Shown here: piece after piece, positions 46,688 through 54,728 of the stretch
Numbering within the stretch: the stretch's first letter is position 1
Layout of the letters: each line of letters opens with the position of its first letter
NCBI GenBank assembly: GCA_963716725.1
Contig: CAVQUB010000021.1
Coordinates: 320,001-384,000 of the forward strand
Source: an uncultured delta proteobacterium
GTDB taxonomy: Bacteria; Myxococcota_A; Polyangia; Polyangiales; Polyangiaceae
Reading direction: 5' to 3'
Length of the DNA stretch: 64,000 bases
The notes under the pieces: generated by a model
Seen by the model: the letters and a program-made list of their open reading frames with translations, nothing else
The model's database searches: none
What the model was told of the DNA's origin: nothing
Program-made: the position numbers and the translations under genes

Positions 46688-47887
46688 ATGCGCTTCGGAC
46701 GTTCAGCCACGTTGTTCCTGGCGGTGACGTGCGTTGCCGTCGGATCTGCGGCCGAACCGCGGCCCACCCTCGACGACTTCTACGACCGCACCCGCGGGCG
46801 AACGGAGGGCTTCGAAGCGTGCTTGGGCTATTGCGATGGCGAGACGCTCGCAGCGTTCCTGATCGGAGCGCAGCTGGCCGATCCGACGACCGACGCCGTA
46901 CAGCGCGCGACGGCCTATGGCGGGCGACTCGGCGTCGACCTCGGGGCGTTCTTCGGACGCTACGACGTGGCTCGCACCAAGCTGTGGGCGGACGTCCTGC
47001 GCGTGCCGGATCAAAACGAAACCGTCACGGACTTGGCCTGGAAGAACACCTGGTTCTGGTCGGCGGCGGATCCCGACCACGAAGGGCTCCACGTCTCCTT
47101 CGACTCGGTGCTCGCCAAGCGATCGGAGCTCGAGCCCTCGGATCTCGCGGAGCTTCAGCTCGTGCCGTATCAGAGCGCTGATCTCGAGCTGGAAGCGACG
47201 CCGGTCGGACCCAAGGTCGACAAGGACGCCTCACTGGCGCTGCCGATCGGCGTCGCTTCGCGCCTACGCTGGTCCGAGCAGGGACAGACCCTCGAACGCC
47301 GCCAGAGCGTCTCGGCCGCGCTGGCGTTCCGGGGCTTCTTGAAGCGCCTGCGCCACCACTACCAACTCGACGCGCTGAGGGTGAAGCGCACGGCGTGGGA
47401 AGTGGTCGGTGGCGACGCGACGTCGTGGAATGTCTCAGCGGGCTACCAGCGCCTGTCGCCGGACGTGGACTGGCTGCAGATCTGGCTGCTCGCCGGCTAC
47501 GCCTGGAACGACGGGCGGAACGCCAGCCACGGCTTCCTCGCGCAGCTCGGCGCCGAGACGCGCCTCCCCCTCGACTCGGGCGAGCTCGAGCTGGGCCCGA
47601 CCTACGAGGCGCATTTCGTGATCGACCAACGTACCGCGCGCTTCGAGCGGGTGCACGAGCTGCGCCTCTACTATCGGCAGCGGTGGGGCGTGCTGCGCTG
47701 GGGCCTCGCGTATCAGGCCGTCGCGCTCGAGGATCTCGCGAAGCTGCACGCGCTCACTCCGGAGCTCGGGGCGCGCCTCTTGGGCCTCGATCTCGGCCTG
47801 CGTTATCGCTTCGCGGTGGTGCGCGACAAGCGCTTCCCCGGTATGCCGGAGAACCGCTTCAACGCCATGGTCGACTTCGTGTTCTGA
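46688..47887 (+). CDS. putative outer-membrane beta-barrel protein
   Basis: Signal peptide, amphipathic beta strands, C-terminal Phe. Confidence 0.7.
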   Translation: MRFGRSATLFLAVTCVAVGSAAEPRPTLDDFYDRTRGRTEGFEACLGYCDGETLAAFLIGAQLADPTTDAVQRATAYGGRLGVDLGAFFGRYDVARTKLWADVLRVPDQNETVTDLAWKNTWFWSAADPDHEGLHVSFDSVLAKRSELEPSDLAELQLVPYQSADLELEATPVGPKVDKDASLALPIGVASRLRWSEQGQTLERRQSVSAALAFRGFLKRLRHHYQLDALRVKRTAWEVVGGDATSWNVSAGYQRLSPDVDWLQIWLLAGYAWNDGRNASHGFLAQLGAETRLPLDSGELELGPTYEAHFVIDQRTARFERVHELRLYYRQRWGVLRWGLAYQAVALEDLAKLHALTPELGARLLGLDLGLRYRFAVVRDKRFPGMPENRFNAMVDFVF

Positions 47888-47901
47888 TATTCTGTCGCGC
47901 G

Positions 47902-48534
47902 ATGAGCCCTCCGGACGACCGCGCAACCATCCTCAGGCGTCGAGCGCTGTTCTTGGGGTCGGCCCTCGCGACCCTCGGCAGCTGCCAGAAGACCGGCGCG
48001 CCGGCCGAGACCGCTAGCGGTCCCGTGATCTTGGTGCCAACGGGCGAAGCCGAGGACGCGGGCGCGAACAATCCGGAACCTCCCGCGGGCGACGCCGGAC
48101 CGCGACCGCGCGGCGGCATGCCGTCGCTCGAGATCCCGAGCGGCGTCAGCGAAGCGGCGCGCTCGAACTACGAGAGTCTGGTCACGCGCATGGGCCGCGT
48201 GCACGGCTTGCTCGACGAGATCGAGCGCGTTGCTCCCAAGTGCAGCATGAGCGCCTGCGAGGACCAATGGGAGCTCGTGGCCAAGAAACTCTTCGAGTTG
48301 GACGAGTCGTTCGGGTTCTCGTACGTGTGCCCGGGCAGCAGCGCAGACGCGAAGGCTTACTTTGCGCGCCAACAAGAGCATATGGATTTCTACGAAGCGC
48401 GCCGCAAAGACCAGACCGCTTGGCTCAGCGGACGACTCGGTGAGCCCGGGTGGGCGCGCCTGCAAGAGCTGGTCGAGAAGGAGCGCTACGCGAACCCGCG
48501 ACCCTGCCTGAGCTACGGCTGCGGCGACTGGTGA
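47902..48534 (+). CDS. hypothetical lipoprotein with Tat-like signal
   Basis: RRRALFL twin-arginine-like motif, LGSC lipobox, C-terminal RPCLS. Confidence 0.7.
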   Translation: MSPPDDRATILRRRALFLGSALATLGSCQKTGAPAETASGPVILVPTGEAEDAGANNPEPPAGDAGPRPRGGMPSLEIPSGVSEAARSNYESLVTRMGRVHGLLDEIERVAPKCSMSACEDQWELVAKKLFELDESFGFSYVCPGSSADAKAYFARQQEHMDFYEARRKDQTAWLSGRLGEPGWARLQELVEKERYANPRPCLSYGCGDW

Positions 48535-48543
48535 CGCCTGCGC

Positions 48544-49077
48544 TCAGCCGCCGAATCGGCGCCAGGTCGGTCCTGGATGCGCTTCGCCGCAGGCCTCGGC
48601 GGCGGCGAGCTCCACGGCTTCGAGAATTTGCGTATAGCCGGTGCAGCGGCACAGGTTTCCCGACAGCGCTTGTTTGATCTCGTCGCGGGTCGGGCGCGCG
48701 TTCTTGGCCAGCAACGCCTTGGCGGACAGGATCATGCCCGGCTGGCAGAAGCCACATTGCAGCGCACCCGAGCGATCGAAGGCATCTTGCAGCGGGTCCA
48801 CGCCGCTGCCCCCGGCGCGCTTGTGCAGGGGGGTGAGCCCCTCGATGGTCACTATTTCTTTGCCCTCGGCGGTCGCCGCCAGGGTGAGGCAGGCCAGCAC
48901 CGGCTCGCCGTCCATCAGCACCGTGCACGCCCCGCAGTCGCCCTTGTCGCAGCCTTGCTTGCTGCCGGTGAGACCGAGCGAGTAGCGCAGGACCTCGAGC
49001 AAGGTCCAGTGCTCGGGCGCGGCGACGTCGACGCTGTCGCCGTTGAGTTTGAGCTTGAGGCTGCGGTGGCTCGGCAC
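48544..49077 (-). CDS. hcrC: [2Fe-2S] subunit of xanthine-dehydrogenase family (HcrC/CoxS-like)
   Basis: GC..GDCGAC, LAC, QCGFC, GNLCRCTGY; AAGGA RBS before GTG 49077. Confidence 0.85.
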   Translation of the reverse strand: MPSHRSLKLKLNGDSVDVAAPEHWTLLEVLRYSLGLTGSKQGCDKGDCGACTVLMDGEPVLACLTLAATAEGKEIVTIEGLTPLHKRAGGSGVDPLQDAFDRSGALQCGFCQPGMILSAKALLAKNARPTRDEIKQALSGNLCRCTGYTQILEAVELAAAEACGEAHPGPTWRRFGG

Positions 49078-49119
49078 GAGTCCTTGTCTGATGCGGCGCG
49101 ACGGAGGCGTCAACTCGAC

Positions 49120-49146
49120 TTGAGATCGGTCAACCCCGGACCGATC
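49120..49146. promoter_or_regulatory. FNR/CRP-like box TTGA-N6-TCAA overlapped by an 8-bp palindrome
   Basis: TTGAGATCGGTCAA at 49120-49133; GATCGGTC-N7-GACCGATC at 49124-49146; lies in a 119-bp divergent intergenic region. Confidence 0.45.
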
Positions 49147-49196
49147 CGTGACACAGCGTGACCCGATGCTGGCATCGCGCCCGATAGCGTGCCGCC

Positions 49197-51056
49197 ATGG
49201 CAAACAAGCTGCTTTTGACCAGCGTCGTGCGCCCCTTCGGCGGCCCCGGAGAGGGCGACAGCGTGGGGGCCGAGCTGTTCCACGCGCAGGTCACCCGGGC
49301 GCAGGGGCCCTTCAGCTTGCGGCAGGTGGTCCGCGTCTGGGCCATCGACTACCTGGCAGAGAACGTCGAGGCGCCGACGGTCACCCTCCACTACCCATCG
49401 AAGCGGGAGCTGATCCGCGAGCTCAGGACCGGCGAGTACACTCACGTGGGCATCAACTTCGTGGTCGCCACCTTCCACAAGGTCCGCGAGATGGTGCCGC
49501 TCATCCGGCGCTACGCGCCCAAGGCCAAGATCATCCTCGGGGGCTACGGCACGGTGCTGCCCGACGAGGTGCTCGCCCCCTGGGCCGACGCCATCTGCCG
49601 CGAAGAAGGTGTCGGTTTCTTGCGCCGGAGTTTGGGCGAAGAAGTCTCGGCGCCCCTGCGACATCCGCACGCGCCCATCCCCAGCGTGCAGGTCCTGGGC
49701 TTTCAGCTCCGCGCCGTGGTTGGCCACGTGACTGCTGGGCTCGGCTGCTCCAACGGCTGTGACTTCTGCTGCACGTCGCATTTCTTCAAGCAGAAGTACG
49801 TGCCCTTCAGCAAGAGTGGTCGCGACATCTACGAATCGCTGATCGAAACCCGGCGCCGCTCGGAGGCCGAGGGCACTCCGATGAACGGCTTCATCGTCAT
49901 TGACGAGGACTTCTTCTTGCACCGTCGGCGCGCAAAGGAGTTCCTCGACTCGGTGCGCGAGGGCGGCGAGTCCCTGAGCCTGATGGGCTTTGGCAGCGTG
50001 CGCGGCCTCGCGCAGTTCAGCGCGCGTGAGATCGCCGAGATGGGCTTCGATTTGGTGTGGAACGCCTTCGAGGGCGCCAACGCAGGCTACCGAAAGCAGC
50101 AGGGCAAGAGCTTCGCGGAGCTCTACGCCGACTTGAAGAGCGTCGGTTGTGGCCAGCTCACCAGCATGATCGTCGGGTTTCCCTACCAGACCGAGGCCAC
50201 CATCTGGAGCGAGTTCGAAGAGCTGATGGCGCTCGAGCCGGGCCTCACCCAGTGTCTGATCTACTTTGCCTTCCCGGGCACTCCCTTCCACGAGCAAGTG
50301 ATCGCGGAGGGGCGCTATCGATCGAGCTTCAAGCAGGCGCCAGATCTTCGTCGCTGGGACGGCTTCGCGATGCACTTCGATCACCCACACTTCGAAAAGC
50401 CCGAGGCGGTGGAGGCCATCCAGCGCGCCATCTACGAGGAAGACTTCAAGCGCCTCGGACCGAGCCCGCTCCGCCTCGCGCGGGTCTGGCTCACCGGTTA
50501 CGAAAACCTTCGCCACGACGAGAACCCGCTGTTGAGGAAGCGCGCGGAGCGCCTGCGCCAGGACGTGCGCGGCGCGCTGCCGGTGACCACTGCGGCCATC
50601 GCCTTCGCACCCAGCGCCGAGGCGCGCGAGCGCGCGCGCCGGCTTCGATCCGACATCATCCGTCTGACGGGTGAACTCAGCGCCGAGGATCACGCCCGAA
50701 GCGCTGGAGCTCCGGTGCTCTACCTCGCCTCGCGCGCCGCCCGGGCGCTGGGCATCGGCCAGCAGCCGGGCTTGCTGCGCGCCGAACACCGGCAGGGCGG
50801 CCGCGACGGAGCCCGCGCCGACGAGGTCTTCCGGTTGCAGGGTGGCGCGTCAGGGGGACTCGGTCGAATGCTGGTGGAAGACGTGGCGGAGAACCTGCGG
50901 CGTTTCGTCGAGCGTCGGCGCGCGCAGCTGGGTCGCAAGGAGCTGATGGCGGTCACCACCCGGCCCCAGCCCATGCAGCGTTCGCTGCCGCTGGTTCCCA
51001 CCCCCCAGCCCGTGCCCTCGTGCGGCTCTGAGTGCGAAGCAGCAGCTGCAGAATAG
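49197..51056 (+). CDS. B12-binding-domain-type radical SAM protein
   Basis: N-terminal Rossmann-like domain (KIILGGYG..EEG), GCSNGCDFC, IDEDF, SMIVGF, FPGTPF. Confidence 0.85.
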   Translation: MANKLLLTSVVRPFGGPGEGDSVGAELFHAQVTRAQGPFSLRQVVRVWAIDYLAENVEAPTVTLHYPSKRELIRELRTGEYTHVGINFVVATFHKVREMVPLIRRYAPKAKIILGGYGTVLPDEVLAPWADAICREEGVGFLRRSLGEEVSAPLRHPHAPIPSVQVLGFQLRAVVGHVTAGLGCSNGCDFCCTSHFFKQKYVPFSKSGRDIYESLIETRRRSEAEGTPMNGFIVIDEDFFLHRRRAKEFLDSVREGGESLSLMGFGSVRGLAQFSAREIAEMGFDLVWNAFEGANAGYRKQQGKSFAELYADLKSVGCGQLTSMIVGFPYQTEATIWSEFEELMALEPGLTQCLIYFAFPGTPFHEQVIAEGRYRSSFKQAPDLRRWDGFAMHFDHPHFEKPEAVEAIQRAIYEEDFKRLGPSPLRLARVWLTGYENLRHDENPLLRKRAERLRQDVRGALPVTTAAIAFAPSAEARERARRLRSDIIRLTGELSAEDHARSAGAPVLYLASRAARALGIGQQPGLLRAEHRQGGRDGARADEVFRLQGGASGGLGRMLVEDVAENLRRFVERRRAQLGRKELMAVTTRPQPMQRSLPLVPTPQPVPSCGSECEAAAAE

Positions 51057-51096
51057 CTCGGAGACCCACCGGGCGGACGCATGCTCTACTGAGGGC

Positions 51097-51765
51097 ATGT
51101 CCCGCGCGCTTTGCCTGGCTGGATTCGTCGTCGCCTGTGCTGCAGCTCCGCCGCCCGCGGCCGAGCCCATCGCTCCGGCGACGGAATCGCCGACCGCGGA
51201 CTCGAAGCCGGCTCCCGATCCTGGGGCCAGCGACGTCGCGGCCCCCGAGCTTCCCGGCGCGCCGCCACCAACGGATGTCGGTTGGGACTTTCACGCTTGG
51301 TCCTACGCGCGCGAGCTCACGGTCACGCTGACGTCGGACGGTTGCGAACCCGCGAAGTTGGGGGACAAACCCGACGACACGGTCTGGTGTGCCCACCACG
51401 CCGAGAGCAAAGAGGGCGCGGTGCTGTTCAGTCGCGCGCTCTACGTCGCGCGCAACAAGCGCCTGGTGAAGCTGGCGGAGCTGCCCATCGCCGCCGGGGT
51501 GGTCGACAACCCCGAGCAGCCGAAGGACGAAAAGGACCGTCACGTCGTCCGGCTCGATCTGGTCGCGAGCAGCGACGGCAAGAAGGTCGAGGCGCGTGAG
51601 GCGCCGGGGTTCGACTGCACCAAGGCGCTCAGAGAGAACGCCGACAATCGCGACGTTGCGCGGGAATTGACCGGCGCCCTCGACGAGCGCATTCGCAAAG
51701 TATGCGCTACGCGCGGCGACTGGCGCTGGACCGCTGGCACGCTCCGGCGCGGGCCCGTGAAGTAG
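51097..51765 (+). CDS. hypothetical lipoprotein
   Basis: Lipobox VVAC, Pro-rich linker, GAGGG RBS. Confidence 0.72.
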   Translation: MSRALCLAGFVVACAAAPPPAAEPIAPATESPTADSKPAPDPGASDVAAPELPGAPPPTDVGWDFHAWSYARELTVTLTSDGCEPAKLGDKPDDTVWCAHHAESKEGAVLFSRALYVARNKRLVKLAELPIAAGVVDNPEQPKDEKDRHVVRLDLVASSDGKKVEAREAPGFDCTKALRENADNRDVARELTGALDERIRKVCATRGDWRWTAGTLRRGPVK

Positions 51766-51774
51766 CGTCCAGGC

Positions 51775-52260
51775 TCAGTCGAACCACTTGCCGCGGTTCT
51801 GCTTGCAGTGCTTCTGCGCGCTCTCGGGCGTGTGGTGCGGCCCGGTGTAGTTGACGAGCATGCCCATCATTTTGCAGGTGCCCTGAACCAACTGAGTGGG
51901 GCACTTCGGCACCACCTTCGCTTTCATCATCTTGGCGACCTCTTCCAGCTTCTTGGCGTCGAACTTGTCCTTCTCGGCCTCCTTGGCTGGAAGAACAGCG
52001 CACTGGCCTTCGTCCTTGAGGTCTTGCAGGTAGCCGACGACGACCTCGCCCGACTCGAGGCCCTCCTGGTCGTACTCCTCCTCGGCTTCGGCGCTCGCCA
52101 CTGCGCTCGGAGCCGCGCTCGGCGCTGCCGCAGCGCTGGCCACGGCGGGCGCAGCCGAAGCCGCGGGCGCTGCCGCCGACGACGCCGCGGCGGGCGCCGC
52201 GTCCTTCTTGTCGCAGCCGACGAGCATCATCAATACGACCAATGCAAAGGCTTTCTTCAT
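51775..52260 (-). CDS. hypothetical lipoprotein
   Basis: MKK..LVGC lipobox, Ala linker, 4-Cys C-terminal domain; GAGGAG RBS. Confidence 0.8.
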   Translation of the reverse strand: MKKAFALVVLMMLVGCDKKDAAPAAASSAAAPAASAAPAVASAAAAPSAAPSAVASAEAEEEYDQEGLESGEVVVGYLQDLKDEGQCAVLPAKEAEKDKFDAKKLEEVAKMMKAKVVPKCPTQLVQGTCKMMGMLVNYTGPHHTPESAQKHCKQNRGKWFD

Positions 52261-52342
52261 CGTCGCTCTCCTCGGAACAGGCGGCCGAAGCCTAGCCGGA
52301 GAAGCTCTCGCAGGGGCAGGAGTTTCGCGCTACAAACCCGCC

Positions 52343-53338
52343 GTGGCTGGGTCGAAGCAGAAAAACGGCGAGCCGTACGACTGGAACCGTGCCCAGAGCG
52401 TCGCCCGGCTGATGCACGCGGGCGTCACGTTCCAAGACGAGACGCTTCGAGACGGCATCCAGAACCCGTCGGTCGTCGACCCGAAAATCGAGGACAAGCT
52501 GGAGCTGATCCGGCTCATGGCCCGCCTGGGCATCCACCTGGTGAATGTAGGGCTGCCAGCGGCCTCGCCCCGCAATTTTCAGGACTCCGAGCTCGGGTGC
52601 CGGATGATCGTGGACGAGCGGCTCGCCATTCGTCCGGTGATGGCCGCCCGCACCGTGGTCAGCGACATCGTGCCGATCGCGGAGATCCAGCAGCGGGTCG
52701 GCATTCCCTGCGTGGCCTACGCCTTCATCGGCACGAGTGAAATCCGGAAGCTGGCCGAGAGCTGGGACATCGGGCTGATCGTCGAGCGAAGCACGGAGGC
52801 CATCGCCTTCGCCGTGAAAGAAGGCGTCGAAGTCGCCTACGTGACCGAAGACACGACCCGGGCGCACCCGGAGACGCTGCGCGAGATCTGGAAGAGCGCC
52901 CTCGAGACCGGGGCCAAGCGCCTGTGCCTGGCCGACACCGTCGGACACGCGACGCGCGATGGCGTGCGCAACCTGGTCGTGTTCACCCGGGCTCTGATCG
53001 ACGAGACGGGCATCGACGACGTTGGACTCGACTGGCACGGTCACAACGATCGCGGGCTCGCCCTCGACAACGCGCTCTGGGCCCTCGAGTACGGCATCGA
53101 TCGCATTCATGGCTGCGCGCTCGGCATCGGAGAACGGACCGGCAACACGCCGATGGAGCTCTTGCTGCTGAATCTGTGGCTTCAGGGCGAACTCGAGCTC
53201 GGCGATCCGTCGGCGCTCGACCGCTACTGCGAAGTCGCGGCGCGAGGCTGCAAGTGGGCAGGCCGAAGGCTCTCGTCGGATCGCAGCGCGAGCGAGTGGC
53301 GGGGGCTGCTCGCGACGCCCGAGCCGACCCGGGGGTAG
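52343..53338 (+). CDS. LeuA/homocitrate-synthase-family DRE-TIM enzyme, C-terminally truncated
   Basis: DETLRDG.Q, EDTTR, LADTVG, HGHNDRG, GIGERTGN; similarity ends near 53255. Confidence 0.82.
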   Translation: MAGSKQKNGEPYDWNRAQSVARLMHAGVTFQDETLRDGIQNPSVVDPKIEDKLELIRLMARLGIHLVNVGLPAASPRNFQDSELGCRMIVDERLAIRPVMAARTVVSDIVPIAEIQQRVGIPCVAYAFIGTSEIRKLAESWDIGLIVERSTEAIAFAVKEGVEVAYVTEDTTRAHPETLREIWKSALETGAKRLCLADTVGHATRDGVRNLVVFTRALIDETGIDDVGLDWHGHNDRGLALDNALWALEYGIDRIHGCALGIGERTGNTPMELLLLNLWLQGELELGDPSALDRYCEVAARGCKWAGRRLSSDRSASEWRGLLATPEPTRG

Positions 53339-53365
53339 TTGCCTTGGGCAGTGTTGGTAGCGCGG

Positions 53366-54628
53366 CTATCGCTGGGCGATTACGTGGAATTCGACGAGTT
53401 CCTTCTTCGAGTTCCGCTTGCGGATCGCGCGCGCCTCGGCGCTCTTGAAACCAGCCTTCTTCAACTGGTCGCAATAGAGCCGCTCGGCGGGGACCAGGTG
53501 GCCGTAGAACGTCGCGTTGCCGACGATGTAGTGCGCGGTTCCGCCGAGCTTCACGCGCTTCGCAGCAGCTTCGAAGTGGTGGAACATGTCGTCGAAGTAC
53601 TTGTGAACGTACTGGGCCATCAGCGGCCCATTCTTGGGGTGACCCAGACGAATGCGCTCGATGGTGGGCAGAAGGCTGCGGGGAACGAAGGCGCCCGAAG
53701 GCGCCCAGGACAGCAGCCGACTCGTCGCGATGCCCCAAGTTCCGCCAATGGCCTCCCAATCGAGTTCGCCGGCCTCCTTTGCTTCGCCGAGAAAGCCCAG
53801 CCAGTACATGTAGGGCCGCAGCTCGCGGATGTACGACATGCGGTTGGGATAGGGCGGTGACGTGATGAGCAGGTCGAATTGCCCGTCTTGGCTCCCCACC
53901 AAGCCCAGACTCCGCGCATCCGATTTCTCGATGCGTATGCTGCCCTTCGGGTTGTCGAGCATCGCATCCGCCACGACCCTGCCGTCCGAGAGAAACTGGG
54001 AGACGAACGCATTCTCCGCGACCTCCATGGGGAGTCGAATCTGATTGGTGGCTTCGGGAGCCTTGAACGACATCGATTGGTGATTGAAGGCGGCGTTCGA
54101 CAGCGCGATCATCGTGCGGCAGAAGGCGACCTTCAGGAGATCGCGCACCGGGCCTGTGGCAGCGAGCTCGACCTCGCCGCGCAGTCTCGTCACGAAATCC
54201 AACTCCGCCCGGTGCCACCATCGCTCGATGTTGGCGAGGGGAGGCAGCGGCGCAGCGGTCGCCTTCCCCTCTCTGAGAAGCTCCGCGATGGCCTCCACCG
54301 CAGCCAGAAGCTCGATCTGCTGAGAAACTCGGTAGCGCGCAGCTTTCACCCGGCCGAGCCAGATGAGGAAGGGGTTGATGTCCGTCGCGAAGGCATCGAG
54401 CCCTCGGTAGCCCGCACACAGCGGCGTGGTGCCGGTGCCAGAGAAGGGCTCGAAGACCGTCTTCGCCCCGGTCCCAAACTCGGCGAGCACTTGGTCCACG
54501 ACACGCACGGAGTAAGCAGGGGTCAACCTGAGCCAACCGTGCCGACCGTGTTCGAGGTTGTGTCTGTAGGTGAGGTCTGCCCGTTGCCGCGTCGGGCGTG
54601 AGGGGCTCGCAGTGGTCGAGTCCCTCAA
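53366..54628 (-). CDS. amino-DNA methyltransferase (SPPY type, probable m4C), orphan
   Basis: Motif I EPFSGTGTT precedes motif IV LITSPPY; HGWLRLTPAYS near the N-terminus. Confidence 0.88.
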   Translation of the reverse strand: MRDSTTASPSRPTRQRADLTYRHNLEHGRHGWLRLTPAYSVRVVDQVLAEFGTGAKTVFEPFSGTGTTPLCAGYRGLDAFATDINPFLIWLGRVKAARYRVSQQIELLAAVEAIAELLREGKATAAPLPPLANIERWWHRAELDFVTRLRGEVELAATGPVRDLLKVAFCRTMIALSNAAFNHQSMSFKAPEATNQIRLPMEVAENAFVSQFLSDGRVVADAMLDNPKGSIRIEKSDARSLGLVGSQDGQFDLLITSPPYPNRMSYIRELRPYMYWLGFLGEAKEAGELDWEAIGGTWGIATSRLLSWAPSGAFVPRSLLPTIERIRLGHPKNGPLMAQYVHKYFDDMFHHFEAAAKRVKLGGTAHYIVGNATFYGHLVPAERLYCDQLKKAGFKSAEARAIRKRNSKKELVEFHVIAQR

Positions 54629-54728
54629 TGGACCCCTTCCGACCTTGCGCCCGAGCTCATGAGGGAAGCGAGGCTAACAAGATCCCTGCTCCTTGTCGCC
54701 CGCGCGACTCGCGTCCTGAGCCGCCGCT

